Shown here piece after piece: positions 35,201 to 40,129 of a stretch of DNA of 40,129 bases (position 1 is its first letter; every line of letters begins with the position of its first letter). Both the position numbers and the translations under genes were made by a program. This DNA is from Planctomycetaceae bacterium (GTDB lineage Bacteria; Planctomycetota; Planctomycetia; Pirellulales; UBA1268), in NCBI GenBank assembly GCA_005773625.1, contig SXHR01000078.1, positions 1-40,129 of the forward strand, in the 5' to 3' direction. The notes under the pieces are model-generated. The model was not told where the DNA came from and ran no database searches. It saw only the letters and a program-made list of their open reading frames with translations.

Positions 35201-36881
35201 TCCGAGCACGGTCTTCGCGACGACGGTCAGCGATCCGCTGCCGGAGAAGACGACGTTCGTGTCGGCCAGCGACGGGGCGACCTACGACCCGGCGACGCGG
35301 ACGGTGACGTTTCCGGTGGGCCGGCTCGATCCCGGAGCCACGCAGGAGTTCACATTGACGGTGCTCACCGACCCCGACCGCCGTGGCCCCCTCACCAACA
35401 TCGCGACGGTCGCCGTGCCCCCCGGCTGGACCGACCCCGATCTCGACAACAACATCGCGATCGACCCGGCGGCCGACACGCCGCTGGTGGCCCTCGGCGT
35501 GACGAAGACCGACGGCAAGACGACCTATGTGCCGGGTACGTCCACGACCTACACGATCGTGGTCACCAACTCGGGCCCCAGCACGCTCCTCGGCGGAACC
35601 GTGAGCGACCCGCTGCCGGCCCTGGCCAGCGGCGGCACCTGGACGGCGGTCGCCACGGCCGGCTCGTCGGTGACGCCGTTGGGCGGCAGCGGTGACCTGA
35701 ATGCCCAGATCGACCTGGCTCCCGGCGGGACGATCACGTTCACCTACGTCGTGTCGATCAAGTCGACCGCCGTCGGCAACCTCGTCAACACGGTCACGGT
35801 CTCGCCGCCGAGGGGCACGGCCGGCGGCGGGGTGTCGGCGACCGACGTCAACGTCTCGGCCGACGTGCCCGCCCTGGTGCTCGGCACGGACGACGGCTGC
35901 CTGCTGGCGCCGTGGGTCAAGATCGTCAATCCGACGACCGGCGGCCTCATCCGGCAGTTTCTGGCCTACGAGGCGAAGTTCCGCGGCAGCGTCCGCGTGG
36001 CGACCGGCGACCTGACGGGAGACGGCGTCGCCGAGATCGTGGTCGCTCCCGGTCGCGGCCGGGTCGGCGAGATCCGCGTCTTCACGCAGCAAGGAGTCGA
36101 ACTCACTCGCTACCGCACGCTGCCGTTCGGTGCGACGTGGGTGGGGGGCGTGGAGGTGGCGGTTGGCGACGTCAACGGCGACGGCAAGAACGACATCATC
36201 GCGGGCCAGTCGACGGGAGCCGGCCGCGTGAACGTGTTCAAGGTGCTTTCGCCCATGACGCCCGATCCGGTCGTCAACGCGCCGATCCGCTCGTTCCGGC
36301 CCTTCGTCTCCCCCTATGCCTTGGGCGTGATGGTGGCGGCGGGGGATTTCGGGACCTATTCGGGCGGGGTGAAGACATCGTCGGCCCCCGACGGCCGCTC
36401 GGAGATCGTGGTCGGCACCAATGCCGGCATCCGGGCGCAGGTGCGGATCTACGACGCCTCCACGGTCACTCCCGTGCTGGTGAAGACGTTGTTTCCCTTC
36501 GCGTCGAACTTCACCGGCGGCGTCACGCTCTCCACCGGCCGCTACACCATCGACAACATCGACGATCTGATGATCGGAGCCGGCGTCGGCGGCGAGTCGC
36601 GGGTTCAGGTCTACAACGGGGCGAACTGGAACCTGCGGCAGAACATCAACGCTTTCTCGTCGTTCGGCCGTCCCAACGCGGCCGTGTTCGCCGTGATGCT
36701 CGACCTCAACGGCGACGGCGCCGCCACCGATGTCTACGGCGTCCAGGGCCGCAACGCCACCGGCGGGTCGAGCGGCGTGCGCCGTTTCAACCGGCTCACC
36801 TCGGCGACCAATGTCCTGCCGCAGTCGATCGTCAACGCCCCGCCGCTGCGGATCGCCGCAATCAAGCTGCGGAACGCCTGA
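29226..36881 (+). CDS. Giant surface adhesin (~2550 aa): planctomycete export motif, unknown N-domain, 15 DUF11-like Ig repeats, C-terminal FG-GAP-like propeller
   Basis: AGGAG RBS; Arg-rich N-terminus with EQLERRDLLA; 15 repeats of L.I.K.D...TYT..V.N.G.SDA..V.V.D.WP...NTATVTS; GDLTGDGVAEIVV and GDVNGDGKNDII motifs. Confidence 0.9.
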   Translation: MNLLATPFARRTSRFARRTARTTAPRRPSLDRAEQLERRDLLAIVAGGVERTTPDDFFTDFSVGMTSQYTAYTIANDASGPATDVWVKALFPVGSPVGVGSGYNNEDGLYRVGTLAPDTSGTAFLYFTANALSATPVPYSIEVYAGEPGNGGSLLVTKPFSLTTVVNTLAAEPNKVDTVAYSPANPQIGDTLTLSVTGRLGNGANRVLFAPASATSWEPDVFELRSTSHTISGIPQTPDGLFYDGLTDLVNQQPFTSTYDFLITRQSATSTLTSPTQFTQDGAQAWKHHKPDATPFPTIPPIPPLLTLTKSDGVTTYTPGGTTTYTIVLSNTGAGAASGVVVSDILPPQLNAATTSWSVSYSNASGTLPANGSGNIGGTVNLAALNGVITITINAVILSGAVGDLTNTVTATVSGSTVIATDTNTAAPLANLTITKTDATSTVLAGGGTIQTYTLRVRNDGLSDARNVVVNDAWPTGFQQGTLGTPTLGSVIAGIGGNFVWTLGTLVAGGEATLTVTYTVPASTLPGTYVNSATVTSTTPDTNPIDTATDSTDVVTSANLAITKTDLTSTVLAGGGTVQTYTLSVTNNGASDAQDVVVNDVWPAGFTQGAFGPISHGTVVPGAGGNFAWSVGKLVSGGTATLQVSYTVPASTPPGVFTNTATVTSVTPDPVPGNNTASDTTTVTAAANLTIEKSDATTTVTAGGGTVQIYTLTVRNLGASDAQSVAVNDVWPIGFQQGTVGTPSQGSVTSGGGNFAWLLGTVPAGGVATLQVAYTVPASTLPGTYTNTATVTSTTPDPDPNNTAVDLTDVIASANLTITKDDGVTSVLAGGGTMQTYTLRVRNNGVSDAQAVVVNDTWPAGFTRGAFGIPSKGNVASGPGSNFTWTIGTLAANAEAVLTVNYTVPAGTLPGSYTNTASVTSSTPDPDPANTATDTNTVTTSADLRIAKTDSASIVTAGDGVIHNYLLTVTNLGVSDAQNVSVSDLWPDGFAQSGFGLPSQGSVAADVGGDFTWSIGTLSAGGVATLVVSYTVPSTTIPGPYVNMATVTSSTFDPDPDNTAIDTTTVIAMPDLSITKTDGVATVVAGGGTVQTYTITVLNSGVSVARGVVVTDDWPADFTPDTVGTPSLGFVTTGVGGDFIWSVGTLPAGGSATLTVTYTVAANVLPGPRTNTATVTSTDDPEPHTASDTTTVLTSADLIVAKTDFTTTATAGDGVVRTYLIRVRNGGVSDAQGVVLTDAWPLGFDQTTIGMPSQGSVNAGPGSDFTWSIGTLPAGVQVTLQVSYVVPSDTLPGAYVNTATVTSQTPDPFDNNTISDTTTVVTSANLTITKDDGVTTLLAGGGTTQTYTLTVRNLGDSDARDVAVNDVWPAGFAQTGFSLPSQGTVIPGTGGDFGWTLGTLAKGGVATLTVTYMVPAGTLPGSFTNTATVTSTTPDPVGDNTATDINTVTALSNLVITKDDGVTSVLAGGGTIQTYTIRVRNTGASDARDVVVADDWPSGFAPAGAPTTSQGMVTSGSGGDFSWAVGTIAANAEATLTVTYTVPAATPPGVYVNTSTVTTSTPDANPTDTATDSTAVTALADVSITKTDLVTSVTAGGGTTQTYTIRVRNNGLGFSDAQDVVVTDNWPDGFTQGAFGLPSQGMVTAGVGGDFTWSLGTLEQDAEATLTVTYTVPASTLPGVYTNTASVTSSTPDPDLNNTATDSTTVVASADLIVAKTDFATTVAAGDGIVHTYLIRVRNGGVSDAQGVLLTDAWPAGFTQGAFGLPSQGTVTPSGSGNFSWDIGTLAAGVQVTLEVSYTVPSTTLPGVYTNTASVTSDTPDPFGPNTVSDNTTVVSVADLWVTKVNGAAPYTPGTALTYTITAGNFGPSTVFATTVSDPLPEKTTLVSASGGATYDPVTRTVTFPVGVLAPGATQVFTLTVLTDPDRTGPLENTVTVAVPPGVTDPDLSNNTFTDPAGAEPVSDLWITKVDGDAPYTPGTSLTYKITAGNFGPSTVFATTVSDPLPEKTTFVSASDGATYDPATRTVTFPVGRLDPGATQEFTLTVLTDPDRRGPLTNIATVAVPPGWTDPDLDNNIAIDPAADTPLVALGVTKTDGKTTYVPGTSTTYTIVVTNSGPSTLLGGTVSDPLPALASGGTWTAVATAGSSVTPLGGSGDLNAQIDLAPGGTITFTYVVSIKSTAVGNLVNTVTVSPPRGTAGGGVSATDVNVSADVPALVLGTDDGCLLAPWVKIVNPTTGGLIRQFLAYEAKFRGSVRVATGDLTGDGVAEIVVAPGRGRVGEIRVFTQQGVELTRYRTLPFGATWVGGVEVAVGDVNGDGKNDIIAGQSTGAGRVNVFKVLSPMTPDPVVNAPIRSFRPFVSPYALGVMVAAGDFGTYSGGVKTSSAPDGRSEIVVGTNAGIRAQVRIYDASTVTPVLVKTLFPFASNFTGGVTLSTGRYTIDNIDDLMIGAGVGGESRVQVYNGANWNLRQNINAFSSFGRPNAAVFAVMLDLNGDGAATDVYGVQGRNATGGSSGVRRFNRLTSATNVLPQSIVNAPPLRIAAIKLRNA
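30141..35860 (+). repeat. Tandem array of 15 DUF11-like domains (~375-390 bp each)
   Basis: Counted from TK-type motifs; units at 34740 and 35115 are near-identical in DNA (375-bp period). Confidence 0.85.
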
Positions 36882-36886
36882 CAAAC

Positions 36887-36916
36887 GCCCCCGGCCGGTC
36901 CGGAGGGGGCTTCGTT
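36887..36916. terminator. GC hairpin between convergent adhesin and beta-barrel genes
   Basis: gccccc...gggggc followed by ttcgtt; weak U-tract. Confidence 0.35.
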
Positions 36917-37007
36917 CGCCGTTCATGGATGACGAGCCGTTGACGTCGGGAAGCCCCTGCCGCGACCGCGGGCGGCAAGGGGCACGTTTCCCGGCGCCGG
37001 GGGAGTC

Positions 37008-38114
37008 CTACCAGCGGGCCTCGAGGCCGAGGTTCGCACCGTGCATGAAGATCCCTCCGCCCGACACGAGCCGCGTGCCGCTGTTTTCCGTCACGGAGAA
37101 GTCGAACTGGTTGGGGGCGAGGGCGAGGCCGTCGATCCAGATCAGGTTGTAGCCCACGCGGAGTCCCCAGACGTCGGTCAGCCGGTAGACGACCGACGTG
37201 TTGATGTCGCCGATGAAGCTCACCTGCCCGCCGGTGGTCGAGATGGCCGGCCGCTGCTGGGTGCCGGTGAAGTCGATGAGCGGCGACTGGATCTGTTCCT
37301 GGGCGTTGCCGAGCAGGCCGGCCTTCGCCCAGCCCTCGAAGGCCCAGCGTTCCCAGGTCCAGCGGGTGCGGTTGCCGATCTGGGCACCGAAGCCGTTGTT
37401 GCGGGTGCGAACGCCGTAGGGAACGAGGATCGAGGTGGAGTCGTCGATGCAGCACTCCGTCGTGATCGACGCCGACTCCTCGACGCCCACGTAACGGAAG
37501 CCCGCCAGCCAGTCGACGGTCATCCAACTGCCGGAGTGGTTGCGCCACTCCGTCGACGTGCTGAAGAGGTTGGCCTCGGCGCTGTTGATGAGCGAGTTGT
37601 ACTTCACGGTCGCCAGCTCGCCGTCGATCGTCATCAGGCCGCCGAGCGGATCGGGCATCTGCACGAAGTCGGGGGGCGAGGCGGCGGCAACTGCCGATGC
37701 CGACTGGCCCCACACGCCCCAGTAGCCGATTTCCCAGCCGCCCCGACTGGGATCCCGCTGCCCATAGAACGCCCGCACGCCCTCGCTGAACGGGAACTGC
37801 AGATCCTGGGCGCTGATCACCGGCTCCGACGGGCCGTCGAGCCTGACGACGAGCGTCTGGTCCGAGGCCTGGTTGTCGCGTCCCCAGAAGAGGGCGTCGG
37901 TGAGGGCGTAGGTCGTCCACAAGGGCGCGGGAAAGGCACCCCGGAAGGCGACGTTGGTCACATCGGCGGCATCCACCACCGGATCGAACGCGGGCAGGAT
38001 GACGTCCTCGCCGTGGCCGGCCTGCATCGAGAGAAGTGCGGCCATCGCCACCGCCAGACGGCGGCCCGCCCGACGAAACCGAATCAGAATCCAGAACACG
38101 CCTGCCGCAACCAT
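37008..38114 (-). CDS. BBP7-like planctomycete outer-membrane beta-barrel protein
   Basis: DALFW, YNSLINSAEAN, WLAGFRY, TRNNGFGAQIG, WAKAGLLGN, LRVGYNLIWIDGLALAPNQF, HGANLGLEARW; GAGGAG RBS before ATG 38114. Confidence 0.8.
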   Translation of the reverse strand: MVAAGVFWILIRFRRAGRRLAVAMAALLSMQAGHGEDVILPAFDPVVDAADVTNVAFRGAFPAPLWTTYALTDALFWGRDNQASDQTLVVRLDGPSEPVISAQDLQFPFSEGVRAFYGQRDPSRGGWEIGYWGVWGQSASAVAAASPPDFVQMPDPLGGLMTIDGELATVKYNSLINSAEANLFSTSTEWRNHSGSWMTVDWLAGFRYVGVEESASITTECCIDDSTSILVPYGVRTRNNGFGAQIGNRTRWTWERWAFEGWAKAGLLGNAQEQIQSPLIDFTGTQQRPAISTTGGQVSFIGDINTSVVYRLTDVWGLRVGYNLIWIDGLALAPNQFDFSVTENSGTRLVSGGGIFMHGANLGLEARW

Positions 38115-38288
38115 TGGGAATACTCCTCGGAAAAGCCCCCTCCACCCACGGCCAGCAGAACCCACCCGTGGTGGGGGTGCCGTGCAGGAGTTCCTTCGGC
38201 GGCCACGACCCCCTCGCGTGAAGGGGTTCGGCCGGAGGTCGCTTTCCGTGGGTCAGGCAGGCTGGGGCGACCGCGACGAGTTTCCCGC

Positions 38289-39191
38289 TCAGGGAATGAG
38301 AGGAGTTGCAGGCTCTGCCGGCTCGATCCGCAGCAGCGGTTTGAGAGCGCGGAACTTGGCCGGGCCGACGCCCTCGATCTCCAGAAGATCGATCAGTCGG
38401 CGGTAGGGCCGGCCCTCGATGATCCGGTTGGCGAGCGTCTCCCCGACGCCGGGGAGCCGCATGAGGTCGCTTCGCGCGGCGGTATTGGGATCGATCACGA
38501 AGCCCGCCGGCGGCGCGGCGTCGTCGAACGCCTCGCGGAGTTCGCGTTCCTCGTCGCGTTCGAGCCGGCGTTCCAGGGGCAGCTTGTCCCAATCGGTATG
38601 GGCCCAGATCCCCGTCGCCCGTTTCGCCGCCTGGAGTTGGAGGTCGGCGAGCCGCTCCCGGTAGTCGTCGCCCGACTCGCCCGCGAGTGTGCCGCGGCCC
38701 ACTCCGTAGGCCCGTGCCAGGCCCCTCGAGACCAGATGCGCGGCGAGATCGCGTCCCTGCGAGTCGAAGACGAAGGCGTAGATCCGTTTGAAGCGACCGT
38801 CGCCGCGGCCATCCGCAAAACTCGTGTGGATGGTGAATGGTTCGGCGAGCAAGCGCCGCGTCTCGGCGGTGGCCTCGGCGGCGAGCCGCTTGGCGAAGTC
38901 GATCGACGCGGTCGCATCCGGCCGCACCTCGGCGATCCCGAAATACCGCCGCTGGCTGCGGAGCCGGCGGGCGTCGGTTTCGCCGCCGACATGGTGCTCC
39001 ATGCAGTCCACGCCGTAGAGACGCACGGTGTGTTCCTCGCCCGCGGGAGTGCGGATCCGGAAGCTGTCGCCGTCGGCCCATTCGGCTGGCACGAACGTGC
39101 AGCCCTCGATCGCGACGAGCTCGTCGGCCCACGCCCGGTCGGCGAGCACCAACCACGAAAGCAGCATCAACAGGCCGGCCGTGATCCGCAT
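38289..39191 (-). CDS. Secreted thermonuclease (SNase) fused to a ComEA-like helix-hairpin-helix domain
   Basis: Signal peptide; DGDS, VRLYGVDCME, DGRFKRIYAFV, LVSRGLARAY, GIW; C-terminal IDPNTA...LPGVGETLANRII...IEGVGPAKF; GAGGTG RBS. Confidence 0.85.
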   Translation of the reverse strand: MRITAGLLMLLSWLVLADRAWADELVAIEGCTFVPAEWADGDSFRIRTPAGEEHTVRLYGVDCMEHHVGGETDARRLRSQRRYFGIAEVRPDATASIDFAKRLAAEATAETRRLLAEPFTIHTSFADGRGDGRFKRIYAFVFDSQGRDLAAHLVSRGLARAYGVGRGTLAGESGDDYRERLADLQLQAAKRATGIWAHTDWDKLPLERRLERDEERELREAFDDAAPPAGFVIDPNTAARSDLMRLPGVGETLANRIIEGRPYRRLIDLLEIEGVGPAKFRALKPLLRIEPAEPATPLIP

Positions 39192-39241
39192 CGGAAACAC
39201 CTCGCTTCGATTCCGGCCGCCCATGATAGCCTCCGGTGCCT

Positions 39242-39250
39242 TGCTACACT
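39242..39250 (+). promoter_or_regulatory. Extended -10 (TGcTACACT) 7 nt before the mnmG ATG; leaderless-type start
   Basis: tgctacact-cgaccgc-ATG with no SD; divergent -10 TATCAT at 39223-39228. Confidence 0.5.
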
Positions 39251-39257
39251 CGACCGC

Positions 39258-40129
39258 ATGGGTTGCATCTACGACTACGACGTGCTCGTGATCGGCGCCG
39301 GTCATGCCGGCGTCGAGGCGGCCTGCGCGGCGGCCCGGCTCGGGGCCCGCACGGCCCTGCTCACCGCCAACTGCGACACCGTCGGCCAGATGAGCTGTAA
39401 CCCCGCCATCGGCGGCGTCGGGAAGGCGCAGCTCGTCCGCGAGGTCGATGCGCTCGGCGGCGTGATGGGCCGGGCGATCGACGCCACGGGCATCCAGTTT
39501 CGTGTGCTCAACCGCTCCAAGGGGCCGGCCATGCACGGGCCGCGTGCCCAGGCCGACAAAAAGCTCTATCAGATGGAGGCGAAGCGGATCGTCGAGGAGA
39601 CGCCGAACCTCGACCTCCGGCAGGAGACGGTCGAGGACCTCGTCGTGGAGCCGCTCGGCGGCGATGGCGTGGCGGCGCCGGCGTGGCGGATCACGGGCGT
39701 GCGGGTGCGGGGCGATGCCGAATATCGGGCGGCGGCCGTCGTGCTCACGACGGGCACGTTTCTGCAGGCCGTGATGCACACGGGCGAGGCGCAGACCACC
39801 GGGGGGAGGGCAGGGGAGGGCACGACCTCGGGCATCTCCGCGGCGCTCGGCCGGCTCGGCCTCGTGATCGATCGCTTCAAGACGGGCACGCCCTGCCGGC
39901 TGTCGGCCACGGGCATCGACTTCGCGCGGCTCGAGGTGCAGGCGGGCGACGCCGAGCCGCAGCCATTTTCGTTTCTCACCGACACGATCGAGCAGGAGCA
40001 GATGGTCTGCTGGATCACGCGGACCTCTCCCGAGATCCACGACCTGATCCGGGCCAACCTGCACCGGGCCCCGATGTTCACCGGCCAGATCGAGTCGCGG
40101 GGGCCGCGCTACTGCCCGAGCATCGAAGA
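39258..40129 (+). CDS. mnmG: tRNA uridine-5-carboxymethylaminomethyl(34) synthesis enzyme MnmG/GidA, N-terminal part (truncated)
   Basis: Manual translation: MGCIYDYDVLVIGAGHAGVEAA...MSCNPAIGGVGKAQLVREVDALGG...LNRSKGPAM...RFKTGTP...GPRYCPSIE. Confidence 0.97.
   Translation, partial: MGCIYDYDVLVIGAGHAGVEAACAAARLGARTALLTANCDTVGQMSCNPAIGGVGKAQLVREVDALGGVMGRAIDATGIQFRVLNRSKGPAMHGPRAQADKKLYQMEAKRIVEETPNLDLRQETVEDLVVEPLGGDGVAAPAWRITGVRVRGDAEYRAAAVVLTTGTFLQAVMHTGEAQTTGGRAGEGTTSGISAALGRLGLVIDRFKTGTPCRLSATGIDFARLEVQAGDAEPQPFSFLTDTIEQEQMVCWITRTSPEIHDLIRANLHRAPMFTGQIESRGPRYCPSIE

Noticed and set aside
29901-36926. 2341-aa antisense ORF
   Set aside because: Shadow of the adhesin: GC-rich codon bias removes antisense stops, and the product is R/G/H-rich with no motifs
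38225-38288. Minus-strand gggaaac...acggaaagcgacctccggccgaacc resembling a c-di-GMP-I aptamer
   Set aside because: No GNRA-capped P2 with correct spacing; not callable without a covariance search
39192-40064. N-terminal extension of the nuclease ORF (591 aa)
   Set aside because: Antisense to mnmG; the start with RBS and signal peptide is at 39191
1-40129. CRISPR array, tRNA/rRNA, prophage or defence island; the many alternative-frame ORFs
   Set aside because: No repeat-spacer periodicity, RNA gene signatures or phage genes seen; the SNF2 has no defence-type neighbours; the other ORFs are GC-rich shadows of called genes

Overview
GC-rich bacterial chromosomal segment, most likely from a planctomycete (LERRDLLA-type export motif on a giant surface protein, BBP7-like beta-barrel, scattered housekeeping genes; inference from recalled protein families, no database search was run). 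It holds 30 CDSs, from a truncated secA at the left edge to a truncated mnmG at the right edge. Blocks: (1) housekeeping genes: secA, PhnP-like MBL hydrolase, glpX, trpD, nucleoside hydrolase, HtrA, dksA-like, SOUL protein; (2) a glycan cassette with two glycosyltransferases and a divergent nucleotidyltransferase/cupin // GDPD-like/HAD module (7.7-12.9 kb); (3) a co-oriented cluster of EhpF-like adenylating enzyme, outer-membrane channel, atypical aldehyde dehydrogenase, Fe-alcohol dehydrogenase, PQQ-type beta-propeller and aromatic amino acid decarboxylase, with no phenazine core genes (12.9-20.7 kb), the best candidate for an undescribed pathway; (4) two hypotheticals and an SNF2 ATPase; (5) a GT2-GT4/methyltransferase/two-sulfotransferase locus; (6) a ~2550-aa adhesin with 15 DUF11-like repeats and an intrinsic terminator in its leader; (7) a beta-barrel and a secreted thermonuclease-HhH fusion. 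Non-coding signals include a 33-bp element present twice in inverted orientation (1500-1532, 7603-7635), a bipartite motif shared by the htrA and ALDH leaders, and several probable leaderless promoters. I saw no rRNA, tRNA, CRISPR array, transposase or integrase.
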